Source of the DNA: Schizochytrium sp. TIO01
Taxonomy: Eukaryota > Protista > Bigyra: Labyrinthulomycetes
Length of the DNA stretch: 64,000 bases
Reading direction: 5' to 3'
NCBI GenBank assembly: GCA_004764695.1
Contig: SMSO01000037.1
Span: forward strand, 3,386,747 to 3,450,746
In this document: positions 22,760-36,825 of the stretch, one piece after another
Numbering within the stretch: the first letter of the stretch is position 1
Layout of the letters: every line of letters starts with the position of its first letter
Translations under genes and position numbers: made by a program
The notes under the pieces: generated by a model
The model's input: only the letters and a program-made list of their open reading frames with translations
Told to the model about the DNA's origin: nothing
The model's database searches: none

Positions 22760-23881
22760 ATGGCCTCTATGCGCCGCGACTCCGACTCCGGTCTCCGCTG
22801 GAGCCTGTTTGACTCCCTCTTCCGCACTGCCGACTGCGCGTCTGCCGCCGGCATGACACCTCTGGATGCCCTGCCCGCAGGCTCCGACGCCGCCTCTGCC
22901 GCCGAGGCACAGGCCGCCGCCAAGGCTCGCCAGGCACGCGACCAGGGACAGCCCATCGGTACCGCAGCTGCTCCCTCCGCCGCTGACCAGCTTGCCGCCG
23001 AGCAGGCTCGCCAGGCCGCAATGGGCGCCGCCGCCCCCGCTGGCACCGCCTCTGGTCGCGAAAACCCGGGCGCCTTCGACAAGGCTGACTCTGAGATCAA
23101 GCGCGTCTTGAACCCGGACCTTTGGGATGGCCTTCGCGTCATTGTGAACAAGCCCCTCAGCCAGCGCTTCCAGAGCTCCCACGAGTTCTGGCTCGGCAGC
23201 AACATGCTCAAGACCGGCAACTCTTACCACTTTGGAGTGCACTGCAGCCCTGCCGATGAGACTATGCTCATGGCCCGCGTCGACCCCACCGGTCAGGTGG
23301 ATGCCCAGTGGCACCAGACTGTAAGCCCGGGAGTTACTTCCAGGGTCATCGCGTCTCTTGGCTCTGATGTCAGCCGCGGCGTTGTCCAGGCCGAGTGCGA
23401 GATCAAGGGTGAGGACTACACTGGCACCATCAAGGCCTCCCAGGGACCCTACCTTGGCTTCTCTTACTTTCAGGCTGTCACGAAGAACTTGGCCCTCGGT
23501 GGAGAGGGTTTCTACCACCACTCCCAGGGCATGTCCCACGTGCTCGCTCGCGCCAAGTACTCTGACGAGAAGCAGGCTGCCACCGCAACCCTGACCACCC
23601 TCAACACCGTCTCGGCCAACTACCTGCGCAAGGTGAACCAGCGCGTGAACCTTGCTGCGGAGATTGAGGTGAACCTCGCTAACCACGACTCCGTTGCCAA
23701 CGTTGGCTGGGAGTTCGCTCTCCGCCAGTCCAGAGTCAGCGGTACCTTCGCTCTTGACGGTTCCATCGTCGCAGCACAGGTCCTCCAGATGATCGACCCC
23801 ACTGTCTCACTCTTCTTCAACGCCATCCTTGACCACTCCAAGGACACCCACCGCTTTGGATACGGTATCCAGATCGGCTAA
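22760..23881 (+). CDS. TOM40: Mitochondrial outer membrane import channel Tom40 (Porin_3 family)
   Basis: ENPGAFD...[46 protein letters not shown]-terminal [17 protein letters not shown]; strong high-expression codon bias. Confidence 0.95.
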   Translation: MASMRRDSDSGLRWSLFDSLFRTADCASAAGMTPLDALPAGSDAASAAEAQAAAKARQARDQGQPIGTAAAPSAADQLAAEQARQAAMGAAAPAGTASGRENPGAFDKADSEIKRVLNPDLWDGLRVIVNKPLSQRFQSSHEFWLGSNMLKTGNSYHFGVHCSPADETMLMARVDPTGQVDAQWHQTVSPGVTSRVIASLGSDVSRGVVQAECEIKGEDYTGTIKASQGPYLGFSYFQAVTKNLALGGEGFYHHSQGMSHVLARAKYSDEKQAATATLTTLNTVSANYLRKVNQRVNLAAEIEVNLANHDSVANVGWEFALRQSRVSGTFALDGSIVAAQVLQMIDPTVSLFFNAILDHSKDTHRFGYGIQIG

Positions 23882-25487
23882 ACGGGTAGTAGCTTATATT
23901 TTAGCCTTTTCCTTCCTTCCTTCCTTCGCTCGCTCGCTCGCTCGCTCGCTCTTGTTGTCGCTATTCACTCATTCGCTCGCTCGCTCTCATGGTCGCTCTC
24001 TAGTGCTCGCGCGAACTCGTATCGTATGCATTCATTAACTCAACTCATACACCCCCAATTGCCAACACCCCTTTTTTTTGCATTGTCGTTTTCATTGATT
24101 CTATTTATCACTGATTGCGTTCACTACGAGTACTTTCTCCGAGTACCTTTTCGCAGCTTCGCATTGTATTTGCCCTGTTCGTTTGTTCAACCGATTGACT
24201 GTTCGCCCATTCGCTCACTATTACTCTTCTTCAGTTCGGCTGCCTTCGCCGCTGCTACTGCTGCTTGCCTGAGTAGCTGTCTGAGCCGATATTATTTGCT
24301 TGCGCCATAATTCGCCCCTCCTACCCCCCCCCCCCCCCTCCTCCCTCCCCTTCCCCTCTCTCTGGATATCTTACTCGTACTTCACTCGCATACACTGTCT
24401 TCAGTCTGAATCTTCCTTTCTCTTGTGGCGATTGGCCTTGGCTGTCTTTGTTCCTGCTGTTCATTGTTGCTGGATCTGTCTGGTGAGACGCTTGTGTTTT
24501 GCAACTATATCCCCCGTTTTGCATTTCTGAAAAGGAAAAAAGGAAACATATATTATGCACGCGCGAGGAAACAGTCTCGCACGTAGAAGTGGGAGACGAA
24601 TAGATTTTCGTTCCTTACTTTTTTGCATACTACAGCATCATATGTTTGCTTGAGCGATGCGTGCATCGTTTATAATTTACACAAGATTGCCATTAGCATT
24701 ATAAAAGAAAACACAAAACGCCGTCTCTATCATATAGCTACGCAGACCAGAGAACGAGTATCAATGTATCCGTCATGAATAGCAGTTCACATGGGAATTG
24801 CCAGGCATTGCATTCAGAGCCATCCGTATTGAAGGCAGGCGTTTCGAGTTCTATCTTTGACTTGAAAAGTGCATTTCAGCTTAATCCTTTGCAGCAGCGG
24901 GAACAATTACAGTAATTATTACATCATCAACAGCATCAACGAATGAAAGAAATCTACATATCTACCTACTACCTCACCTCTTATCAGAAATGATTTATTC
25001 CTTTTCAGTTGTCCCTCACCGCTTTGAGTTCTCGTCCACAAGACTAATTCTGCGTTTCAAGCTTAGTCGCCTTAAACTTCGATACTCATCTTGCTCCCGT
25101 TCCTTGCAATCAGTCAATTTTTAGTTTTACAAGAAAGAAGAAGTGATGAATGTAATGAATCAGTTCGGGAAATATACTCAGAGAGAGACTATTACAAACT
25201 TTTGGTCTCCAGTTGGTAGATATACTACCTACCCGCCTACCTACCTATACCGCCTTAGCAGAATAGGTAAAAATTGACCATTTGGTTGTATTTGGTGTGT
25301 ACCTCTAGGTGCAGGAGAACTTCTGAAGCTATTTGCATTGCAAACTTAGTGCAAGAAAGATTGCCAGGAAGGCAACAAATCGCATGCGTGCGCACATACT
25401 CAAGCACTTGATTTCGCAAAACTTTAAATATAAGTAAACTCCGGCAACTAGGGCTACTTCTTCAAGTCAGTCAGTGTATGACAGAAG

Positions 25488-26279
25488 ATGCCTGGACCTA
25501 ACTTGCTTCAGCGTCTTCAAACTCTTACGCAACTTGCTTCAGCACAACAATCCGAAGTAGAAGCGCGAACAAAACTCCTGGAAGGTGGAGCCACATATAT
25601 TGGCGAATATAGAGATGGTCCAGGTCGAATCCCACACGGCCAGGGAGAGCTATGGAGGCCGGGAGGCCGAATTCACTACGATGGAGAATGGAAAGACGGC
25701 TTAATGCATGGCAAAGGAACATATTACTTTGAAGACGGAACAAAATGGGAAGGGTTCTTCTGCGATAATGAGCTGCACGGACTTGGAGTCTGGACACCTC
25801 CGGAGGTAGAGCGCACGACTGTGCAGGAAGGAAATCAAATCATCGATGAAGAAGCGCATCAAGCTAAACTAAAACTAAAGCAAAAGTTACGTCGCAAAGC
25901 AAAACAGTCTCGGCCACAAGCTGAGCCACAGAGGCTAGCACACTGTGCTTCAGATGAACAAGATACCAAATCCACAGCCCCATCCACCACGAAAAGAGAA
26001 CCCGTTGACGGACCAAAAGAAGTATACTTTTGGCATGGGAAGCGAGTATGTTCCATTGACGAGCTCGAGAACGCTCGTGTACGCGTGAGATTGGCTAAAA
26101 CCGCACGGTGCGGCACCATTGTTGACATCAGGCGTCGGAGAGGGGAGCGTGCTCGTCCCCAGCACCTTATCAGATTCGATGATAACCCAGAAGCTACGGA
26201 ATGGGTGGATCTGGCACTTTACTGCTTCCAACCCTTGCGCTCCCAAGGCAAACACTATTCTGTTTACTCGGCAACATAG
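25488..26279 (+). CDS. MORN-repeat protein with a C-terminal Tudor/SH3-like beta-barrel
   Basis: Three MORN repeats (YIGEYRDG..PHGQG, YDGEWKDGLMHGKGTY, WEGFFCDNELHGLG); C-terminal RVRV...GTIVD...HLIRFDD...EWVDL. Confidence 0.85.
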   Translation: MPGPNLLQRLQTLTQLASAQQSEVEARTKLLEGGATYIGEYRDGPGRIPHGQGELWRPGGRIHYDGEWKDGLMHGKGTYYFEDGTKWEGFFCDNELHGLGVWTPPEVERTTVQEGNQIIDEEAHQAKLKLKQKLRRKAKQSRPQAEPQRLAHCASDEQDTKSTAPSTTKREPVDGPKEVYFWHGKRVCSIDELENARVRVRLAKTARCGTIVDIRRRRGERARPQHLIRFDDNPEATEWVDLALYCFQPLRSQGKHYSVYSAT

Positions 26280-26894
26280 CGAACGAACCAAGATTTCAAA
26301 GACCTTCTTCAGCAATATTCTTTGAATCAAAGGTACTAATTGTAAATGCTCCAGATTTCTTTCGAAGCAGTCTCTGTTGTCTTGCGAGTCATTACAGTTC
26401 TCCTTCGTACTTTGACGTGGCAAGAGCAAATACGTCTGGCCAATGTTCAGCTTAGACTAGACTAATTGCAAGCTATCATCCACAGGAATTTTTACTAAAC
26501 GAATTCTTTGACAAGGAAAAAATTGCTAAGAATGAAGCAAATGCACCCTGCCAAGCCCGAAGCAACAACTTTTGAAAGCTTTGAGGGTAAGGTGGTGATC
26601 AATGTGCCGTAAGAAACAGCAACTGTGTTGTCTTAGGCCAAGTCATCTTCAAGCTAATCTTCAATGGTTTTAAAACATTAGTAACAACTTAGGAAAAGGG
26701 TCTATCTCTTACTTTTTCGGAATCATCCAATTAACAGAAAATGTAAATATAGAGCATTTTAAGATTGAATCAAAATTGTTGTATCGTAACACAAGCTATG
26801 CATTTGAAAGGGCAAAAAGGGTATACTTTAGAGCAGCAGAGACCCAAAAGCCGTATTGAAATGAATAATGAAACTATAGTCGCTGGATTAGCTT

Positions 26895-27692
26895 TTAATC
26901 GGAACTCTTTTTCTCTTCAAAAGCATCACACTCATCCTCTTCATTCAACGCATCAGAATGGTCACGGCGGTGCGACATACAAATAGCAGTAGCAGTTGCG
27001 AGGCCCGGGGCAGACTTAGTCTTAAGACTTTTCATTACAAGTTCTAGGCCTCGATGGTTAAGTGAGGACAGAAACTCCCGGAAAAGACCCTTTTCCATAT
27101 CACGGAAAACATGTCGCTGAGCGTCAACAAATAAGGCCTCATGAATATTATCCTCGTAGTAGATTTGCTTACGCAGTTGATCAAGCATGTCGCTTGGCAC
27201 ACAATTCTCTGTTGGAGCATTCTCGTCCAAAAACTCAGTAAAAATGTACTTCGCCTGATCCCTCATGTCTCGTTTCGAAAATCCTGCAATTCCAAGCACG
27301 CGATTAGGCTTCCACTTCATGTTTTGAAAGGCTTCAACTGCATTCCAGAACAGAATACCTTCATTTACAAGCCGAATCGTAGCAAATGCATAGAATAACA
27401 TTGTTGCTCTCTCGTTTTGGAGTACGCGATCGAGGGAGATAGCTTGATGATGTCCATCGCTGCTGGTCTCGATGAGAGCACGGCCAACGTGAGTGCCAGT
27501 TACTCGTGAGTTTGCAATCTTTGGTTTTAGCATACTGTAGTTTGCAATTGTGCCCTCACCTTTATCATATGCAGACTTGCTAAAATTTTTATCATAGAGA
27601 TCCTGCAGCTGATTTTGCGAGAATTGGTTTCGAAGCTGTCCACGAGCCTGGAACCCAGCCTCGAGTTTGGTCAAGCGACGATCATCTGCCAT
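26895..27692 (-). CDS. RGS (regulator of G-protein signalling) domain protein
   Basis: SLDRVLQN...LFYAF...EGILFWNAVEAF...AKYIFTEFLDENAP...LFVDAQRHVFRDMEKGLFREFLSS matches the RGS helical pattern. Confidence 0.88.
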   Translation of the reverse strand: MADDRRLTKLEAGFQARGQLRNQFSQNQLQDLYDKNFSKSAYDKGEGTIANYSMLKPKIANSRVTGTHVGRALIETSSDGHHQAISLDRVLQNERATMLFYAFATIRLVNEGILFWNAVEAFQNMKWKPNRVLGIAGFSKRDMRDQAKYIFTEFLDENAPTENCVPSDMLDQLRKQIYYEDNIHEALFVDAQRHVFRDMEKGLFREFLSSLNHRGLELVMKSLKTKSAPGLATATAICMSHRRDHSDALNEEDECDAFEEKKSSD

Positions 27693-29708
27693 GATGCCTC
27701 CTTGATTTGGATCTGAAGTCTATGCGGGCCTTACACCAACAAAATTAATCCAGCCAAATCGTAATTAAGCCGCCGGGCTGCAAAGGAGTAGCACCGCGGC
27801 GGCAGCTTTAATACTATTTCTGCCCCCAATACTCTGTCTTCGGAACGCAACTCGGTAGTTCCTTTTCTGGTTTGGTCGACTTCAGTTCTGGTTGTTACGT
27901 AGCTACAGCTTAGTAGCGAGACCTAGTGACCCGCTTGCTTTGATAGCGAGGGCGAGTTTTTTCTGGTTGGTATCAATTTAAAGTATCAATTATAGACTCT
28001 TGTACTAATAATTGCACATATCCATTCCTGACGAGAACCACATTTTCAAAGAAAGTAAAGCATCAGAGATGGGAATCCAGAGTTTTGATAGTGTCAATAT
28101 CTATGCCCGTTTACAAAAGCAAAGCGCACAGTTTCGTAAAACACGAGAGGTGCGCTATCAGGTACTACAACTTCTTTTGCTTTTACTTAAGCGAAGTGGC
28201 CTTAGTATTAATTAAATACATAAGAATATTTCACTTCTTGATTTGACAGAAAGGACACGAGAGCTAAGGGACTGTTGGCATTTCCAAGTCAAGAACACCA
28301 ATCACGGTAGGTAGTGTGTAAAACCTAAAGAAGGTTTCTATCTTCACAACAAATTTTGTTGGTAAAAAAATAACATTCATCGACAAAATATATATTCAAT
28401 CTCCATGATTATCTGACCTTTACATTGCAAACAAGCAATGAATTAGCTCGGAGACATTCTTCAAATGAGCTTCACAACTAATTTGAAGCCCATCAAAACT
28501 CTTCAGATGAGCAATGAGTTCCCATCATAGAAACCGAGAATAACGGAATACATGTCTCTCTGTTGTACCAACCACCTCAAAACGTTTTTCTCTTTTCTTT
28601 TCTTTTTTTTCCCTTTTTAAAAAAGTAAAAAAATATATATATTATTAAAAAGCACACGTGAATAAGAGCAATAGGAGCTATATTCATATCCATTTTTGTT
28701 TTTGAAGAACCTGGGGGGGGGTTAAAGGTGCTAACAAACTAAAACAAAGGCTCATATCAAAGGAAAGCCTTGAAAGGATAACGTCGACCTCGGTAACGAG
28801 GACACCACGATTCTCAAAATGAACAAGGGAGCAAGTGAAGATATCAATGCAGGGAGTGTTACTTGGCCCCTTGGCTCTTTGAAGATGGTTTGCCCGATTC
28901 TTTTTTTTTTTTTTTTCTCCAGCCTTGGCTTCGGTTGCTTTGACAACGGATCAAATCCAAATGTAAAATGATGAATCGTGATCTTGTACCCTACTTTGAA
29001 CAACGCCGGAACTGGATCATGATAATTATTTCTTCGTTTTGCTATTGCTTGGGGTAGGGCTAAGATGCCAAGGGACACGACCTTGACAATCTAGAGAGCA
29101 TCGTCTCATCAAAATTTGTATTCTCTCCATACGCATGGCTTGCGATTTGCTTCCCGACATGACGGAATAAACTTCCCTATGAAAAGATAATAGAAGGGAG
29201 GGAAAGTTTCATTCATATGGATAAAACACATGTACTAAGACCTTTTCATCACCTGAGAAGTGTCTTTAATATTGGAAAATCCATACTTACTATTCTAGTT
29301 ATGACTTCGACTTTATTAACGGATTTTTATTTTTTATTTGATTGGTACAGCATATGCCTTCTTCACAAATAGAAGGAGATTGCCTTTCTGACCAACTACA
29401 TGAAACTTCTAAGAGAGGTTGAAGACTGTGCTTCATGTAAGGAGATAATATTTTGCGTCTCGTACATGGTGTGCATTAGAACTTTTCTATCCGAGTATTT
29501 GTTGGAAGCTTCAAAAAAGTAAAAGCGCGCGACACTCCAAATTGGATTTTATAGACTCTAACGCGCAGTAAAACTCATACATGCAGTGTCCAGAACAGAA
29601 GGGAAAGGAGTGAAAGGGAAATACTCCAGCTAGATTAGCAGCAACAACTTGGTACGCAACCCCCAAGGTGTGAGCCCAGATTTTGTGCCAAAGATCATCC
29701 AAGGTTAG

Positions 29709-30255
29709 ATGAATCCTTCATATGAAGCGCTTCTGAACGAACTCTTTGATGAGCTTGATGCAGATAAGAGCGAGTTTCTGGACATCCGGGCTTTCGTAAC
29801 TCTTGGCGAAGCAAGTAAGTTGACCCCATTCTCGTATACGACCGACTGTGCGTGCGGTTTCTCAATAAGCAAGCATCGAAATGAGGTGCAAGGTTGGTGT
29901 CGTCCACGGAAATCTCAACTCCCAACAGGGGCTATGGACAATTAAGTCAAAAACAATGTCAATTTCTCTTTGACAAGCCGAGGAAGCTAACGAGGTGCTG
30001 GTTGATCTTATTTTGCTTTCTCTTTAAACAGTGAATGGTGTCCCTGTTTCTACTAGGCAAGCACAAGCTCAGCTTGATCGAGCCGATAAAGACGGAGATG
30101 GGATGGTATCTCGACGTGAATGGATTGAATTTTCGGCAATGCTTGGAAGGCTCGATGAACAGACTTTCACGAAAGTTATTGGGGGCTATCTGACTACGGT
30201 AAAGAAAATGCATGAAAAGAGACGTTCGAGAGTTTCAACAGTGACAATGAAGTAA
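29709..30255 (+). CDS. Small two-EF-hand calcium-binding protein; exons 29709-29814 and 30032-30255
   Basis: Donor GCAA|GTAAGT at 29815, branch GCTAAC near 29986, pyrimidine tract and ACAG| ending at 30031. The phase-1 join gives LFDELDADKSEFLD...GEAMNG...LDRADKDGDGMVSRREW. Confidence 0.88.
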
Positions 30256-30637
30256 GAATTTTAGTGAAACCCTATTTATGACAATGACTATTAAATTGAT
30301 CATTAGCACATGCGAGAGAAGAGCAAGTATGTCAAGCGAGGGATTATTGGATGAATTTATTGATGAATATGTTTTTGGGATTCTCATGAAAGAGAAGCGA
30401 AATGTATAAAGCTGAATCATTCGGGGAAGAAAATGAGGTTCAATGCATATTTGTTTAGAAATTTATGTATGTACGGTCACAACATGATGGGGCTATGTTC
30501 TTTGTTCGAGTGATGGTTCGCGTGTATACATCATGAACAGGAAGCCTCGAGGGCAAGATGAGCCCATAGCCTCGCGCAGAAAGACCCTTCCCTTAATTTA
30601 TTTGACACTTTGAGGTCTAGCAAATTAAACCGCTAAT

Positions 30638-32782
<2,145 letters not shown>

Positions 32783-33269
32783 CTTCAGCTAGTTTCCGCT
32801 GTTAAGAAAGATACGTGTCTAACTGCAAGCGTCAAGTTAAGTTCACTCGAACTACCAAACGTTTGTTGCAACGAGGCCTAGTGAGTCCTCTACTGTCAGA
32901 TCGACGAGGTTCGTGACGCTGCAAGGCGGCACGGGCGTTAAGTTTTTGATCGACCTCGCGACATCGTTCATCGTGAGGCTCGCTGCGTCTTCGGGAGCCT
33001 GGTTCAGGTTTACCCGAGGCCCCTCCGTTAGTTTTGCCGAGCTCTCTCGGTGAAACTACAATAGACCTCCCTCAGCTTCCATCGTGGTCGTTTGTTCTCT
33101 CAAGTTCAAGATGGTTCTCGCAACGAAATCAACCGCTTTCCATCTCTTAAAGCGTGGGATAATGGCGAGTGAAGATGCACGGCTCCAGCCCAATCTTGGA
33201 CTTCCTCTGTCGCCAACATTGGCAGATAAACCTTCGAGACTATACTCTACCTTTGGAAACTTCCTTATG

Positions 33270-33366
33270 TTGCATTAACTGCATTAATTGCATTAATTGC
33301 ATTAATTGCATTACATTGCATTAATTGCATTACATTGCATTACATTGCAATACATTGCATTGCAAA
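33270..33366. repeat. (TGCATTAAT / TTGCATTACA)n 9-10-bp minisatellite
   Basis: About 10 tandem units containing TGCA and ATTAAT palindromes, roughly 500 bp upstream of the reductase start. Confidence 0.85.
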
Positions 33367-36018
33367 TCTGTGATCATCGATTTGTGATTCCGAGCAGAGC
33401 AAATGCAGTTTCCACGGGTCTTCGGCACGCTGTATCTGAACCAGATGCGATTTATTCAGGCAGCAGTTTGTGATGCGCTCTAAGAGGACAAAGTGTTCAC
33501 TGGATTCTCGAACTTGGTATCATCGCCTGTAAATTGGGGTTGGCCAAGCGGTGTGTAACGGGGCTCAGTTCGGGTCGAGGTGACCGGAGTAATTGGCCAA
33601 GAACCCGTCGTGGAATGATTGATGGAATGAATGAATGCATGAATGAATGAATGAATGAATCAGCGAGCCATGGCTCTCGATTCGAGGGAGGGATGGCCAG
33701 TTGCAGGTACCACCAAGAGTGAACTGAGCGGTAGTTAGTCACCAACTTGAAGTCGAGGGCTCGCTGCTCACTCACCCCACGCAGAAACACCGGCTGCCAT
33801 GATGATGATGGGCACTAACTCTAGAGGTAGGTGGTACTACATCCTCCGGATTGGTGACGCTATCTAGCTTCTAGTTCACCTGATACAGAGCCTTGCGCGG
33901 AACAGCAAGATTGAAGAGCACGTGCATGCTGTCGCGACATGTAGGCCCCGGAGAGCCTGTGTGGCGTGGCGAGAACATCCCAGCAATAGTTCAGAGGTTG
34001 ACAAAGTGGTGGAATTAAGTGAGTTGTGTGATGGCATATGCTTGGATTTCGGATCGTGGATTGCGAGTGCAGGAACAACCTTTGACAGCAGTACCTACAA
34101 TTGTTTCTCCGTCGCAAGAAGTGTAGAATGAGTTCCAAAAAATGTATGTCACCAAGAAAGTAACTGAGCCGATGTGCGGTGTCACTTCAATTCAACCTGA
34201 GTTCTCCTAGAATATTCGTACAACAGAGGGATATCTTGAAAGATCGATCATGACTTTTTGTCGTTTCCCATTACTTTGGGAAAGATGTGCACCATCCCTA
34301 GATTTTGTATTCTAGCTCTTTGCACTCAGGGTTTTGGGAAATGTTGAAAACTATGCGCAGATTCTAGCCATATCACATCTAAAATCCAGGGTTGAAATAA
34401 TAACGATTATTATTGATACTTTGTTTGACACAGAGAAATTAAATACATGAAAAAAAAATTGTCGTATTACTTTAGTAAAGATAACAATACATTAGATTAT
34501 TGCGTTTGGGATCTTGCGTACTCGTGGTTCTTATGGGCAACGCTAAAAGACGTGCACCAACTCTATCCATATTAAATTCGATAAAAGGATTTGAACGAGA
34601 TACTTTGAATATGCGCCACGCAGCCAAAAGGTTTCATTTGAAGGTAGATTCTTCTTGCTTTTATAAAACATATTACAAGCCTCTTCTCTCCCCTCCCGGA
34701 GAGAAATCGGTATTCATAGATTCTCGCCTAATGTGCTTAACTTATTCTCTGGATTCCTAGATGCCAACTAGCAAGTCATCAACATTCCATACTTTCAAAG
34801 CTATCTTAGATAGCATGCCTGGTGTAAACCTGCTGCCTGTTGCGTCATTTTCCTGTCTTCAAAGTTGAATCTCTTCAAGATGCTGAGCGCAAGCCCACAT
34901 CCTTTCTTTTGTAATGACCACTGGTAGTACCTGCCTCGTATTTCCGTTATATCGCTTCCTGAAGACCGACGACGAGACTTTCTCAAGAAGAGCTAGACAT
35001 TCGACGCTACTCTTCAGATGCGCATTCAAGAGCTCCTCAGAGATAAAGGACCCAGCTTTACAGCTATGAAAGCTGAAGGGGCGACGTCTTTCGATAATAA
35101 GGGAGCCAATCGCAGTGGACTATTCTACCTGCTTTTATAACTATTTGTCTTGGTAGCCTATGGATTGACACCAGCTACAACAGTGATGGCGAAGTTTTCA
35201 ATCGCAGCTTTGTAGTCACTGACATGTATTTATTTACCTGAGTTTTCACCCTCAGGAAAGGATTGATGCCTCTGACTAGCGAGAGTGTTTTGTCTATGCT
35301 CAATCTTACTCACAAACCATACCATGGAGTTATCAAAGACGTAGTGGCCAGACTACGCATATCTTGCAGTCAGGAACACACCACCTGAGCATGGCAATGG
35401 TTTTGGTCCGTCCCAGCTACTCTATCCAATGATAGCCCAGCGCTTTACATTACCTTCTGCAGAGTAGAAAGTGAAACCACCTCCTACAAAACCGCTTTTA
35501 CTAGTCTAGATGAACAAATCCACTCAATTCCAATGGCACCAGTCAAGGCCTGTTTCATGCCTTCGCAACTTGCAGGCGAACATCATTTTACACGGTATCT
35601 GCTGATTCAATTCGGGCACGAGCAGCTTCGAACTCCGCAAGTTCAAGATGGTGGAGAACTCACATAGTACAATGCCCTCACTGAGAGCGGAATGCCGAGT
35701 CGGACTGACCCTAGAGACCTCATTAGTATCTTTAGTGAGGCCTGAGTTAAAAATAAATGCGAAAGATCAGTGCTTAATGTATGAAATGACAGAAGTAATG
35801 TTTTTCTTTTTATAAAGTCTTATTTACGAAAAGGTATATGAAAAGACTAAGAAGGATCCAAAGTCAGTCAGTCCACGGATTGACGGAATCCTCGAAAACC
35901 TGAAGGAGCAGAACCGCAACAACATACTGTCTGACGTGGACGTTGTCATCAGCTTGTAGATCGCAGAGATCCGTCTTGATTCAGCAGCGAGTCTTCATCC
36001 AAGTAACTCTAAGTCACA

Positions 36019-36825
36019 ATGAGCGGACGCATGCAAGGCAAGGCCTGTGTAGTGACCGGTGCTGCTTCTGGCATTGGTCGTGCAACTGTGCTTGAGTATG
36101 TAAAGGAGGGTGGCAATGTTATTGCAGCAGATGTGCAAGAGGATGGCATCAAGGAGACTGTGCGTCTTGCGAACGAAATTGGAAAGGGCAAGGCTATTGG
36201 ACAGTTCTGTGATGTCAGCAACGAAGCCTCCGTTAAGGACCTCATCGAGCGCTGCTGCAAGGAGTTTGGTGGCATCGATGTGTGTTTTGCCAACGCCGGT
36301 ATTGTTCGTAGTGGACCCTTCTGGGAGGAGACTCCGGAGACCTTTGATGTGACCTTCAAGGTTAACGTTGTTGGTGTATTTTTGTGCTTCAAGCACGCTT
36401 TCCTAAAGATGGATCCGCAAGGCCGTGGTGGCTCGCTCCTCGCTACTGCCAGTGTCGCTGGTGTTCGTAGTGGTGCTGGTGACGCCAGTTATTCTGCCAG
36501 CAAGGCTGCTGTAATCAACTTGTGCCGCGTGGTGGCAAACCAATGCACTGGCACTGGCATTCGTTGTAATGCCATCTGCCCTGGTATTATTGAAACTGGC
36601 ATGACCAAACCTCTCTTTGATGCTGTTGATGTCAAGGGAATTCGCAACAAGGTTGGGCAAATCAACCCGCTTAAGCGTTATGGTGAGCCCATTGAAATTG
36701 CCAAGGTTGCCCTCTTTTTGGCTTCAGACGAGGCCTCATATGTGAATGGCCAGTTCATCAGTGTTTGCGGTGGTCTGACTTCATCTCACCCTGTAGCACG
36801 CAATGGCAAGGGTCTTTCTAGCTAA
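36019..36825 (+). CDS. Classical short-chain dehydrogenase/reductase (FabG-like; probably NAD-preferring)
   Basis: VTGAASGIG, acidic residue at the end of beta2 (AAD), FANAGI, ASVAG, YSASKAA, NAICPG, FLASDEASYVNG. Confidence 0.93.
   Translation: MSGRMQGKACVVTGAASGIGRATVLEYVKEGGNVIAADVQEDGIKETVRLANEIGKGKAIGQFCDVSNEASVKDLIERCCKEFGGIDVCFANAGIVRSGPFWEETPETFDVTFKVNVVGVFLCFKHAFLKMDPQGRGGSLLATASVAGVRSGAGDASYSASKAAVINLCRVVANQCTGTGIRCNAICPGIIETGMTKPLFDAVDVKGIRNKVGQINPLKRYGEPIEIAKVALFLASDEASYVNGQFISVCGGLTSSHPVARNGKGLSS

Noticed and set aside
33860-35700. Coding-like fragments in this intergenic stretch (also 14550-15300, 19000-20900, 37100-37950, 55250-56200)
   Set aside because: Short broken frames with no family I can recognise. 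They may be decayed genes or transposon relics, but this needs BLASTx.
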